Program-made: the position numbers and the translations under genes
The notes under the pieces: model-generated
The model's input: the letters and a program-made list of their open reading frames with translations, nothing else
Database searches by the model: none
Told to the model about the DNA's origin: nothing
Assembly (NCBI GenBank): GCA_036504475.1
Contig: DASXVB010000208.1
Location: 527 to 40,526 of the forward strand
Origin: Methanosarcina sp.
Lineage (GTDB): Archaea > Halobacteriota > Methanosarcinia > Methanosarcinales > Methanosarcinaceae
DNA: 40,000 nucleotides
Reading direction: 5' to 3'
In this document: in pieces, positions 1-9,948 of the stretch
How the letters are laid out: each line of letters begins with the position of its first letter
How positions within the stretch are numbered: position 1 is the stretch's first letter

Positions 1-278
1 TAGATAACAAAGGCGACAGATCTCAAAAACAAGGATAATGGAAATGAAATAAAGAGCAAAAAATTTTATTTTATTTCCATACTCATCTCTCTTTTCAAAC
101 GCTCCTGTTGAAATCTTGCCTTTTCAACTTTCTCTTTCCTCGCGTTTTCCTAGCAATCACATTGAATTTCATTCAATCTCATGGTTCAGAGAGTAATCGA
201 TCGCTTATCACGTAAAAAAAATTAAACTCATGTGCTCACATTGAAAAAATTTGGCTCAAAGGACATTTGAGAGCAATC

Positions 279-312
279 GCAAAAATACGGAGAATCCCTC
301 TCGTATTTTTGC
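279..312. repeat. perfect 11-bp stem hairpin (gcaaaaatacg / cgtatttttgc, 12-nt loop)
   Basis: Read directly from the sequence. Function unknown. Confidence 0.5.
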
Positions 313-668
313 AATGGAACCTAATATTAATGCTTTTCCTAAAATATTTTGACTTTTGAGTTTTGGAATTTGTCTGTGACCAGGCGCGATACTCAAATTG
401 CACACAACCATTCGGAAACATTGGATATAAGAATTATTAATAGTTTAAATTAATGATTAACAAGAAAGGCTTTTATATTTTTGTTGTAATATGCCTATAT
501 GTGGGGAAGGATAATATGGGGCTGCTAAATGATTCCATTTCAACTTTCTTGAGGTTCTGTCAAGTCTATGGAAGCTAAGGAGTTTTTTCAGTTACATTTG
601 AATCTATAAAATGAACAGCCCTCGTAAACTTGAAAGTAAATTAAATTGCGTGAAGAGGTGAAATCCTA

Positions 669-842
669 ATGAGTCACCAATTTCCTTCAAAAAGGAAAGG
701 TCAGAAACCAAAATTCGATCATGAAAAAATCGAAGAACTCCTCAAAGCAGGTGAGAAACCTTTTAAGATTATGCTTCTATTGGGTTGTTCTTATGGAGTT
801 TTACGATATGTACGAAAGAAAATGGGAAGAAAAAAAGTATAA
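669..842 (+). CDS. small helix-turn-helix protein (57 aa, resolvase-type HTH-like)
   Basis: The ATG is preceded by gaggtga about 7 nt upstream. The translation is MSHQFPSKRKGQKPKFDHEKIEELLKAGEKPFKIMLLLGCSYGVLRYVRKKMGRKKV, which fits the K-P-K-x-D ... L..G.s...I...LG.S..t..RY pattern of resolvase/transposase HTH domains. It is below the 60-aa ORF-track cutoff. Confidence 0.45.
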   Translation: MSHQFPSKRKGQKPKFDHEKIEELLKAGEKPFKIMLLLGCSYGVLRYVRKKMGRKKV

Positions 843-945
843 TTTTGAAAAGATATTCATTTGTGTTTAGTTAAGATAAGATATATAAGAAACGTGTTGC
901 TTTTACTCATTTTCCTGTTAATCTATTATTAAATTTATTGAGTCG

Positions 946-1269
946 TTGAGGGTGGAAAATATGACCAAAAGACTATTTGCAATCATTTGTGCCTTCGTAT
1001 TCATAATAGGTCATGTGTTCAAGCGATGGAAACATATGCAAAAATCTCTTGTCTGGAGAGGATTTCTAAGCGAATCTATGTGGGTAGAGGACTATAGAAA
1101 TCTATCACTTTTCAAAAAATTGATTTTTTGGGTGAATTATCCATTTTCTTATGCTAAGTTTTTATGGGTTGTTGCATGGGATCGTATTGATAGATTATTG
1201 TTCAGAGATTCAAGAGCAAGATATACTAAAACAAGTGTAGAATACCAAAAATCCTGTAAAATACAATAA
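946..1269 (+). CDS. hypothetical protein (107 aa)
   Basis: ORF only; hydrophobic N-terminal segment; no recognisable motif. Confidence 0.2.
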   Translation: MRVENMTKRLFAIICAFVFIIGHVFKRWKHMQKSLVWRGFLSESMWVEDYRNLSLFKKLIFWVNYPFSYAKFLWVVAWDRIDRLLFRDSRARYTKTSVEYQKSCKIQ

Positions 1270-1654
1270 CTCGATTCTAAAGCAATTGAATCATTGAGAA
1301 AAATCACTGCTTTATATGTGACTCTGCACTGATACCAATTACAAACTTGCAAAGAACATTTTATCTGACAACGAAAAACACAGTGGTGAAGACTTTAATT
1401 GAGTAAAAAATTAAGAGAAAAAAGAAAGCCATGTTTTAGATCTGGCTATATATTATCAAACTTTTAAGAACAACCCCAACAACGATAAACCCAAACACTA
1501 AAATAAAAAGCAAAATCAAAAGGTTGAGGATGATCTGGTCAATCCTGGGATGAAATGTCCCCATTCCAAACATCCAAATTACCATATATAATAATGATAA
1601 ATACGTATATCTTTTTTTCTAATTATAAAAATAAAATTAGAAAGTTAATTAAAT

Positions 1655-1941
1655 ATATCCAAAAAGTCAGCAATGCATGTTTTAAAAATCACAATATGTC
1701 TATAATATCAATGTATCCGTTCCGGTTTTGCATATTGTAAAAGTATAGCGGGTACCCACTTTTCAGATAGGCTCTAAGGTACAAGATAAAAGAAGGGATT
1801 GAGTGCAAAAATACACCTGCAAGAAAGGCAGGAATTACGGAGTCAATATGGACTTTAAAGGAACTGCTGACATTCAGGTGTTTTAAAACATCAATAGAAT
1901 ACAGATTGACCATCAAAAATCTAGCTTTGTTGCAAAATTAA
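1655..1941 (+). pseudogene. IS1-like transposase, C-terminal fragment with in-frame stops
   Basis: The frame reads ..KVSNACFKNHNMSIISMYPFRFCIL*KYSGYPLFR*ALRYKIKEGIECKNTPARKAGITESIWTLKELLTFR.. The NTPAxxAGIT..IWTL.ELL tail is typical of IS1-type transposase C-termini. No N-terminal part is adjacent. Confidence 0.55.
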
Positions 1942-2064
1942 TTTAAATCTTCACAACTGGAAGATTTAATTGATCCCAGTGCCGGGAAATGATACTCAAA
2001 GGCAAGAATGATAGTATCAAACCGCGGAAATATTATTTTTTGCTCCACTCCGATTTAAAAATAA

Positions 2065-2253
2065 TTACCGCCAAGCCATCTTGTCAAGTATCCCGATTAA
2101 GTTATTTGCCTCATCAAAAGATAAATCCGTCCAGCTATTTTTGCCATATTCTTTACAACACTGGTCAATTTTTTTATGTCTCTCCGCATAATTAAGAGAC
2201 TTTATTACTAAATTTTTTTGCTTAAATGTTATCGAAAAATCTGTAAACTCCAT
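2065..2253 (-). CDS. hypothetical protein (62 aa from the first ATG)
   Basis: ORF only (MEFTDFSITFKQKNLVIKSLNYAERHKKIDQCCKEYGKNSWTDLSFDEANNLIGILDKMAWR). Confidence 0.25.
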   Translation of the reverse strand: MEFTDFSITFKQKNLVIKSLNYAERHKKIDQCCKEYGKNSWTDLSFDEANNLIGILDKMAWR

Positions 2254-2733
2254 AATACTCCTTATGACATTTGTAGTAGTTAAGTCACTCAAAAAACAGG
2301 AAATACTAAAACTTTATATTTTTTGATAATCATATATATGAAGCTAATGTTATATAGTTATGCATGTTAAATGAAAATGTCAATATATATCTATGTCTGT
2401 TTTATGTATGTAAGAAGATAGCTACGTTTTAAAAATAAAACGTTACTGTTCCTTTTCAAATTTCTCTCTCGCGAGCCTTGCTTGCTCTTCTCTTTCGGCT
2501 ATTGCCTTATCTTTTGCGATTCATTCCTGCTTCCAGTATCCCTTCCAGAAAGAAATTCCTAAGCCACCACGATGTTTTAAAAATTTTCTCGTTTAACAGA
2601 TTATTTACCCTACCGTGAGATTTTAACGAGCGGAAAGAATGCAGTCACATATCAAAAGGAAGGTTACTGCGTTAACTGTGACTACGAATTTGATGTGAAT
2701 ACAAAATGAGTATCCAGCATATTGTCTTTTAAA

Positions 2734-2985
2734 TTAGGGCTCTATTTCAGCTCCAATTATATCTGCAAACCCAATCCTTTCATCTTTGCATTCGTGAACA
2801 ACTATTAATTTGTGTTTTTCATTGGTCCCACTCCCTCTCATTTTTAATGTGATGTAACCATTATTTAGTATTTGATCTTCTAAATCACATTTCAAATCAT
2901 AAACGCTAGACGAATCATTATCACCAGTGTGAACCTCGAAGATCGCAGAACATCTTCTGCACTTGTATTGTGGTGTTACTTTCAT
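2734..2985 (-). CDS. hypothetical protein (83 aa from ATG; the track ORF begins at an upstream TTG)
   Basis: ORF only; contains a CRRC pair; no confident family. Confidence 0.3.
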   Translation of the reverse strand: MKVTPQYKCRRCSAIFEVHTGDNDSSSVYDLKCDLEDQILNNGYITLKMRGSGTNEKHKLIVVHECKDERIGFADIIGAEIEP

Positions 2986-3451
2986 ATTTCTCAAACTTAC
3001 TATAGTACACAAAAATATTTAAATGTTTTATATTTTAGCACGGTGTAATCTACGGAGTTCAATAAGCTAGCCGTGATTGTATAGAAACGGTAATTTCTAC
3101 TCTATTGCTCGGACAAGCAATTAGTCACACCAAGTGAGAAACGAATTAAAACGATGTGCACATGTTGGAAAAGTTTAGCTGAGAATATTTAGGAAGACAG
3201 CTTCTGACATGTTGCTCTCTGACAGTTTTTGACCCGTTTTATATATTCTGACATGGTTTTCTGCATAGATTAACAATGCGCAAAGCTAATTATTTATTAA
3301 GTGAGATTTCTGGATTTGCCTAATCATCAACACCCAATCAATGTCCTCCAAATAAGCTTCTATGGACCAGATACCCGCCTAGCTTCTCTTTTCCTGTTCT
3401 TCCCTATACGAATTACAAAACTCTAACAGTAGATATTCTTCTTCTACGATG

Positions 3452-5062
3452 TCAGTCTCGTTTAGTTTCTAAATAATCATCAAAACCAAAGTAAAAATCC
3501 TGGAATGGTTTGATAGAATCTATAATATCTTCAAAATAATCCCGTCTGTCATGAGTGTAGATAAAATTCAACGTTTCTTGTTGAATATATTCACTTTCGA
3601 AAATATACCTTATATCAGAGTTCTTTGAGTGTTTAATTTGAAAAACAACCGTTTCAGTAACCCAAATCGGGTAATTTTTCATAATATAAGTACCGATAAT
3701 CCATAAGTATATCAAAGAGCGTTCGAACGTTTTGCCGTACTTAAAGGTATATATACATGTTTTGAAATCCTTATAATAAATCGGTAATACTTTTACACAT
3801 TCGGGTTCACGTTTATGTTCCTTACCAAAAGCGTTTATACTATAAGATCGACGAATTAAAAGTACCTGTTTTTTTCCTTCATTAAGCTCAAAGTTGTAAT
3901 TAATACCTGAAGCTCCGGCATTAAGAATTAAAGTTTTGCCATTATCCGCCATTTCCATATTATAAACTGTATATAAAATTTGAGTACTTTCTTTGAAAAA
4001 ATTATTTATTTTATCTAAGTCTTTTTTTTGGTAATTAAATCCTTTGATATCGTTCCAACAGAATAAGATTTCCCGATTTTCAGTTGCTTTTTCAGCGATT
4101 TCTAATAACATTTGAACTAAAGTAGGACTTTTCGAGTTACTATAATCTCCTTCGATCAGACTCAATTGATTCGGGAGAACCATACGTAAGTCACGTGATA
4201 TAGTTTTCAGAAAAGTAGTTCTGATCTTCTGAATATATACATACCCGATACTAAATAGAATTTCACATGAAAAATATATAATCGATTCATCAGAGTTCTT
4301 ATCGATACAACCAACACAAATTTCCCTAAACCCGTTTGTAAGATTCCAAGCAATTGGGTATTCAGTCATACTAATATAACGATTCATTACCGACCAAGGG
4401 ATTGGATAAAACCCGATATTGGTTTTTTTATCCATTGCTATAAGACCTAAACTTTCCAATTCAAGAATAGCTTGTTTAGTTGAATTTTCCAAATTGTTCT
4501 TAATACTAAGATTTCCAAGTCTCCTGATATAGGTTACAACGGACATCACTTCAGATGGCAGTGCTTCTTTCAATGCACTACGACCTAATTCACCTAATTC
4601 ATGGATTCTATCAGAAGTAATTACTTCATTTCTAGAATTAATTGCATCTCTAGCTTCATGTTCTAATTGCAAAACACCAGCTTGATATTTTATCAGTCTG
4701 TTGACTCTTAATAAGTATGGTATTATTCCTAAAACGCAAAAAACTGCTAAGAATACGTCTATTGCCAATAAGTCTACGTTACCAACGAAAGGCAGATTAA
4801 TTACATACATACTTATTTTTAATTGTATCAAAGGAAAAATTATACCACTGGTAAATAAAACCATGTACGCTTTCGTGTATTTGTCCATCAGTTTATCTAG
4901 TGACGTAAATCTGCCCATTGTTTGAGCACCAAAGATGGAAATTGTAAATACTAGAGCAAAAAGGGCTGCAAGTCCTTGTGAAACAGAACTAAGGAAATAC
5001 ATGACATTATCGGGATTTGCTGTATCAAAAGCTGAATTTGAATAAGTTAAAGAAATCACCAC
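3452..5062 (-). CDS. hypothetical membrane-anchored protein (536 aa)
   Basis: Long ORF. The first ~130 aa contain about four hydrophobic helices (e.g. GLAALFALVFTISIFGAQ, AYMVLFTSGIIFPLIQL, LLAIDVFLAVFCVLGIIPYLL), followed by a large soluble domain with no motif I recognise. Confidence 0.6.
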   Translation of the reverse strand: MVISLTYSNSAFDTANPDNVMYFLSSVSQGLAALFALVFTISIFGAQTMGRFTSLDKLMDKYTKAYMVLFTSGIIFPLIQLKISMYVINLPFVGNVDLLAIDVFLAVFCVLGIIPYLLRVNRLIKYQAGVLQLEHEARDAINSRNEVITSDRIHELGELGRSALKEALPSEVMSVVTYIRRLGNLSIKNNLENSTKQAILELESLGLIAMDKKTNIGFYPIPWSVMNRYISMTEYPIAWNLTNGFREICVGCIDKNSDESIIYFSCEILFSIGYVYIQKIRTTFLKTISRDLRMVLPNQLSLIEGDYSNSKSPTLVQMLLEIAEKATENREILFCWNDIKGFNYQKKDLDKINNFFKESTQILYTVYNMEMADNGKTLILNAGASGINYNFELNEGKKQVLLIRRSYSINAFGKEHKREPECVKVLPIYYKDFKTCIYTFKYGKTFERSLIYLWIIGTYIMKNYPIWVTETVVFQIKHSKNSDIRYIFESEYIQQETLNFIYTHDRRDYFEDIIDSIKPFQDFYFGFDDYLETKRD

Positions 5063-5470
5063 TAAAGCACAAATAAAACAAAGAACTACCTGACGAACGA
5101 CCTTATTATGTCTGGCGTTGTATATTTTCTACTTAAGATCCCACAAGAATCTTTCTATTTTCCTTATAGGATCTACTATCAAGAACTCAACAAATTTCGA
5201 TATAATTGATATAAAGGATTCTATAATTTCCAACATAAAATTTATCAAGGACCCGATGATTTCCCTAAAAATGCTTCGATCAATCGTATTTATAGCCTAT
5301 CCCAAAAGTTAGTAGCGTATATTGAAAAGTCACGATATATATAAATCAGAGCTTTTTCCAGCCCAACTGTCGCTTTCAATTTTATTCTTTTCATATTCGA
5401 TCTACAATATTTATTTTAATTAATGAATTGAACTTTAAAAATGTGCCGATTTTATTCAGTAGTATTCTTT

Positions 5471-5521
5471 GTCTGTGACCCTGCTTCTTTTTGCGGTGGG
5501 TATTTCGCGAGGGTCACAGAC
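5471..5521. repeat. 12-bp perfect inverted repeat gtctgtgaccct / agggtcacagac with a 27-nt spacer
   Basis: Read directly from the sequence. A third half-site, gtctgtgacc, lies at 372-381 with a related cgcg-containing flank. Confidence 0.6.
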
Positions 5522-5722
5522 GACCCAAAAACACACACTTCATAATCCAATATCCAAACTATCAAAATTAGTCAAACCAATTAAACAAATTTTCAGAAAA
5601 TTCTTCTGACAATCCACCGAAAATCCCGAAATCTAATTTTATAAGACTCATCGAGATATATCTCCTAGAAACCTCACCGCGAAAAATTTAAAATTATTGA
5701 GTAAATTATATATCCAAAAAAT

Positions 5723-5994
5723 AGATAACTCTCTTTTCACCCTACCCTCCTGTCTATATAACAAAGTATTTTTATTTCTTTTTATATATATTTAAAATTG
5801 TTATTTATAGTCCTATCGATACTGATTTTTTCATTTGTTTTTTTACTTTTTAAATTTTTTTAGACAATTGATAGACTTTTTTGTTTTGGGTAATTTCTAG
5901 TGCAATATCTAGTGCAATATCTAGAATATTTTATAATATTTTTTTCTGTTCTAATTTGGAGGTATAGGAAGGTAGGGTGAAAAGTGAATTATCT
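5723..5994. promoter_or_regulatory. origin-like region: 28-bp inverted repeats flanking ~215 bp of extremely AT-rich DNA with a tandem 12-mer
   Basis: agataactctcttttcaccctaccctcc (5723-5750) matches the reverse complement of ggaaggtagggtgaaaagtgaattatct (5967-5994) at 25 of 28 positions. Between them the 12-mer ctagtgcaatat occurs twice in tandem (5897-5920). The region lies ~120 bp downstream of the 552-aa P-loop-like gene. Confidence 0.4.
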
Positions 5995-6113
5995 ATCCTG
6001 GAATATACAATTGGACACATTGTTGTTAAAAAAAATGTTTAAACGCTATAACCTATGATAAGAATCAATAAAATTGTAATACTGTAAAAATTTGAAAAAA
6101 AATAGTTAATTTT

Positions 6114-7772
6114 TCAATGGAACATTGTGGCTTTTTTAAATTTCGCTATAGTACGGAACTCTTTAATATCCATATCATTCCCACTATACGGTATTTTCGT
6201 GAATTGTTCGTTATCATTCTGAATATATACGTACACCGCAGTTGGTTTAGTTTTACCTAAGATCCTTACTGTTTTTAAACTACCTGCTTCCTCCATTGAT
6301 TCTACAACTATATTAAGATCATGACTACCGCATTTTATTTTACGCATTAGTTTGGATCTTTCGATTTTCAAGTTTTTCCTCATCTCATCGTATACTTTAT
6401 CGCCAATCGAAGGCTGTACACCATTAGCTGATCCGATATCCGACATGATGGAACTAGCATAAGGAAGATAAACGTTGTCGAATAACCTTGCTGCATATAT
6501 GAACGATGCCAGCGTCACCGTCAAACGTTCGATTCTTAATTTGGCGACTTTCTCAAGATCCACAGCCATTATTTTTCTGTATATCTCTTCATCGCTTGGA
6601 ATTTCAGAAGGATTAACCTTCATATTTATTTCACTGACATCATCTAGAGAGTCCATTGTCGATAGTATGTAAGGCAGGTTTCCAATATCAATGAGTGCGA
6701 CTAGTTTCAGGGCAGTAGTTTGATATTTTCCAAAGAATGAATCTAGTTCGTGCCTCCTAGAACTAAAGAATAATTTCCTTTCTGCGCTCCATTTGTTGAG
6801 AAAACCGGCGTTTTCGTCGCCGTTTAAACTAAGCACACCTTCTTCAACGCCCAATTCAATGTCATTTTCTCCAAATAGAACGTTTATGATTTTTAATGAG
6901 TGTATCAGGGCTTTGGTTCTTAATGAGTCCTCACCTGATGTTATTCTAATTGGTCCTCTTGTCCTTTGGTATGTAGGGTTAACGATTATATGACGTGGTA
7001 GAAATCCCGTGTTGGCGTCTCCTGAAGTCATATGTTTACAGAAGTCTGATGTTGTAGTTGCCGCTATCATCGCGAAATACAGATTTTCAAGTTCGTATGT
7101 GTCATTAGACAGCGTATAATCAGGCATTTTCTCTTTGCACTCATACAACTCGTTAAATATATCTACAGTGCCTTTCATGTGCTGTTTTCCCAGTTGTGAA
7201 TATAAACTACCCGCCTCATCTTTCCAGTATACCCGCTGACCGTGTGGGATTTCACCGAATTTATCAAGCTCAGTGATTACGACTTCTCCTGTTTTCGTTC
7301 GTTCACCATGCCTGCAGGCGAGGATTTTTTGCAGTGTTTCAGGAGTACATTGGGAAGGTAAGAATGTTTCACCTACAGCCTCCCGTACGATCTTTTCGCC
7401 GATGCTCATAGGTCCTGATTTACGACTAGATGACAGTCCAAGTAATATCGCCCACACGTTAAGGTACTTCGTGGAACCGTTAAGGTTGAAATGCGCTCTC
7501 CGTCTAGTTACGGCTGATAACATGGCGAATCCTGTTTGCATGGAGTATTCAGGGTAAGCATCTGTTTGTTTCTTATTTGCCTCAACTAACAGTTTCACAA
7601 AGTTGTATCTAGGCATTCCATCGAAATTTACAGGTGCTATATCTGAGCGTTGGATTGGGACGTCCTCGAGTGATGGATACACTTCAATGTGTTCTGCGTC
7701 TTCGATATTGTCTTTATAGCCATGTGCGGTGATTACTTTAAGTTGATGAGGGTTGTCAATTTCGATAGCCAT
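6114..7772 (-). CDS. P-loop-like protein, putative replication/helicase-type protein of an integrated element (552 aa)
   Basis: Long ORF. The motif ILLGLSSSRKSGP resembles a degenerate Walker A (GxxxxxKS) of the kind seen in DUF3987-type plasmid/phage proteins. It lies in a minus-strand gene string with the small ORF, RHH and integrase genes. Function is inferred only. Confidence 0.55.
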   Translation of the reverse strand: MAIEIDNPHQLKVITAHGYKDNIEDAEHIEVYPSLEDVPIQRSDIAPVNFDGMPRYNFVKLLVEANKKQTDAYPEYSMQTGFAMLSAVTRRRAHFNLNGSTKYLNVWAILLGLSSSRKSGPMSIGEKIVREAVGETFLPSQCTPETLQKILACRHGERTKTGEVVITELDKFGEIPHGQRVYWKDEAGSLYSQLGKQHMKGTVDIFNELYECKEKMPDYTLSNDTYELENLYFAMIAATTTSDFCKHMTSGDANTGFLPRHIIVNPTYQRTRGPIRITSGEDSLRTKALIHSLKIINVLFGENDIELGVEEGVLSLNGDENAGFLNKWSAERKLFFSSRRHELDSFFGKYQTTALKLVALIDIGNLPYILSTMDSLDDVSEINMKVNPSEIPSDEEIYRKIMAVDLEKVAKLRIERLTVTLASFIYAARLFDNVYLPYASSIMSDIGSANGVQPSIGDKVYDEMRKNLKIERSKLMRKIKCGSHDLNIVVESMEEAGSLKTVRILGKTKPTAVYVYIQNDNEQFTKIPYSGNDMDIKEFRTIAKFKKATMFH

Positions 7773-7910
7773 TTACGCCACCTCCAAATGTGCGGCGAGT
7801 ACAGCTGAATAACTGCCAAACATAGGCTCATTTTTCAAAATCAGGCACGCTCTCGATAACAAACTTTCAAAAGCATTAAATACTCTGAAAGCATATTCTC
7901 TAGTGATCAT
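7773..7910 (-). CDS. small hypothetical protein (45 aa)
   Basis: MITREYAFRVFNAFESLLSRACLILKNEPMFGSYSAVLAAHLEVA. Its stop codon directly abuts the ATG of the 552-aa gene, suggesting translational coupling. It is below the ORF-track cutoff. Confidence 0.4.
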   Translation of the reverse strand: MITREYAFRVFNAFESLLSRACLILKNEPMFGSYSAVLAAHLEVA

Positions 7911-8031
7911 AAAAATAACTCCTAATTTCAATGGTTCGTACAGAGGAGTTCTAAGTACAGTGGGGTTTGAGCGGGAACTCAGATCCCATTAAAACATTCT
8001 GCACATTTTTCTTTCTGCTTTTCTAACCTTT

Positions 8032-8199
8032 TCATATACTTGGTACGCTGTGTGGTATTTCAACATCCGAAAAAACATCCGTTAGGATATTTGCTACAAA
8101 GGCTGATCTGCTTATTCTCTTCCTCGCCGCTTCAATCTTGTTGTACGTTTCAACGTCAACATATGCCATCACTGGTTTAAGTTCAACAGAATTTACCAT
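8032..8199 (-). CDS. ribbon-helix-helix (CopG/Arc-like) DNA-binding protein (55 aa)
   Basis: The translation is MVNSVELKPVMAYVDVETYNKIEAARKRISRSAFVANILTDVFSDVEIPHSVPSI. A beta-strand (PVMAYVD) followed by two helices, with the RSAFV motif, is the classic RHH pattern. It is below the ORF-track cutoff. Confidence 0.55.
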   Translation of the reverse strand: MVNSVELKPVMAYVDVETYNKIEAARKRISRSAFVANILTDVFSDVEIPHSVPSI

Positions 8200-8437
8200 A
8201 CACGTTCAACTCCGAATTATTTTATAATGTAAGTCAAGCCACAAATATCGCGGCATGTGGCAATATTATATAGGTGTTAAAACTATTTAAACCTGTCGAT
8301 AAATCGCATAAGCTACACTATTATAAAAGAGATTAAATTTTGGATATGCGACCAGCCTGTGTTTTTGGAATTTTGTTCTTTAATTGATAAATGTGTCAAT
8401 TGAATATAAATCTTCTGTATGGGATGGACTAAGAGCA

Positions 8438-9769
8438 CTAATAATCCGGACCCACGTCACTTCCATCGTCGGGTGGCAGTATAAGCCGGTTTGGATGGAT
8501 TTTTTGAACAAGTCTGGTGCCCAATTTGAATCCCTCTTGCGTGCCCTTTATTTCCCTATACAGTGAATCTATCTCGTTGCGTAGAGCGTTTAATTCCTCG
8601 CGTTCAATTGTTCCTTTCGCAACCTCGTTTTTCAAGTTGATAATTTCTTGCCTTTCGACGATATGTTTTGCCGTTTCAGCCCTCAATATATCGTTTTCTG
8701 ATTTAATAGCTTGATATTCGGGACTTTCGGATAAATCTAGCTCTTTTTGAATCGTTAAATAGGGAATGTACTTTTTATAGATCTCTTTGAGTTTTTCATG
8801 TGACGCTCTGAAGTAGCTCTCCTGTGTGCTTGGCAGAGTATGTCCCATGAAGTATTCAACATGAAAAAAGTCACAACCAGCATTTAATAAAGCACTGTTA
8901 AAATATTTTCGCATGTTATGCGAACGTATAAAGCCATAATCGCCTTTTTTTGTGTTTTTGCTTGCCTTTTCTGATACACTTTGGTACAACCGCATGAGAT
9001 TTTTTTGGGTGAACTTCCTCAGTTCATCGTCATGTTTTTCTAAAAACCCATCGGATACATTACGCACACAAAGCAAGTAATCACTGTCCGAATACACTTT
9101 TTGCTTTTCGAGTTGTTTTGTTCGTTTTGAATTGTCTGCCTTTACAGTCCGGTTTCTAAAGATGATGTATTCATTGACAGCGCGGCTTGCTTCAGGACTC
9201 AAAAATGTGATAAAATCCACATTTTCTTTAATTCTACGAAGTTTCAGCATTGTGATTTCCGTTGCTGGGTCATATCCGGCTAAAAAATCTTCAATTTTCA
9301 GATTTACAATTTCCTGGGCGCCTAATCCTGACGATGCGCCAATTAATATAATTGCTTTCTCAATGGGATCACAAACTTTTAAAACTGTTTGAATATCTTC
9401 CTTGCATGGTATGTCCTTATTCTCTTTAAGCCCGGTTGGTTTTTCAATTTTGAGTTTTGGAATATCGATGTAATTTGCTTGGTAAAATGATTTCACCGCT
9501 GTCAGATATGTTTTTATTGTATAGGGCGCAAGGTTCTGTGAAGTCAGATAATCTCTGAACTGATTGAGATGGATTGAAAGGTGACGGTTTCGCATTTTTA
9601 AATTGTCTTGTTCGAAGTCAGCTTCGTCGATAAGCTCATCCGGCGTTTTACCCAATTGTTCGCAATATATTTTTAGGACCGATGCGTATAACGTTTTAGT
9701 TGTACTCCTGGTAAATGAGTTTATCCAATTTACAAAAACTGGAAAGTCATTCATTCTAAAATTTTTCAT
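8438..9769 (-). CDS. int: tyrosine recombinase / phage-type integrase (443 aa) with a long coiled-coil C-terminal tail
   Basis: The C-terminal catalytic region IRSHNMRKYFNSALLNAGCDFFHVEYFMGHTLPSTQESYF carries the HxxR ... GH ... Y signature, and the N-terminus is SAM-like. The expected box I arginine is not obvious (SSGLGAQEIVNL). About 100 aa of heptad-like sequence follow the catalytic Tyr. Confidence 0.8.
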   Translation of the reverse strand: MKNFRMNDFPVFVNWINSFTRSTTKTLYASVLKIYCEQLGKTPDELIDEADFEQDNLKMRNRHLSIHLNQFRDYLTSQNLAPYTIKTYLTAVKSFYQANYIDIPKLKIEKPTGLKENKDIPCKEDIQTVLKVCDPIEKAIILIGASSGLGAQEIVNLKIEDFLAGYDPATEITMLKLRRIKENVDFITFLSPEASRAVNEYIIFRNRTVKADNSKRTKQLEKQKVYSDSDYLLCVRNVSDGFLEKHDDELRKFTQKNLMRLYQSVSEKASKNTKKGDYGFIRSHNMRKYFNSALLNAGCDFFHVEYFMGHTLPSTQESYFRASHEKLKEIYKKYIPYLTIQKELDLSESPEYQAIKSENDILRAETAKHIVERQEIINLKNEVAKGTIEREELNALRNEIDSLYREIKGTQEGFKLGTRLVQKIHPNRLILPPDDGSDVGPDY

Positions 9770-9948
9770 ATTAGCCTCTTAACTTTTGAGATATATACAT
9801 TTTTGCAATAAACTACCATAGGATAGATTCCTCATGCACTTGACAATAAAATGGTCGAGATATAATCATAAAGCTTCAATTTTGTTAAGTTCAAATTTAA
9901 TTTTCTGAAAATGTACACCTTTATATAACCCAAAATTTACCTTCTGCC

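Noticed and set aside
353-370. cttttgagttttggaa(a)tt shared with 37607-37625, upstream of the IS1-like pseudogene, as a possible IS terminal repeat
   Set aside because: Only ~18 nt match with an indel, the flanks are unrelated, and no matching inverted copy was found. The evidence is insufficient to call an IS end.
1658-1725. A ~68-bp direct repeat (second copy at 35268-35335, about 88 percent identical) as attL/attR of a 33-kb island
   Set aside because: Both copies translate to the same part of an IS1-like transposase 3-prime region (KVSNAC.K.HN.S.IS.YPF). Copy 1 continues into the IS1-like C-terminal tail, so they are IS fragments, not attachment sites.
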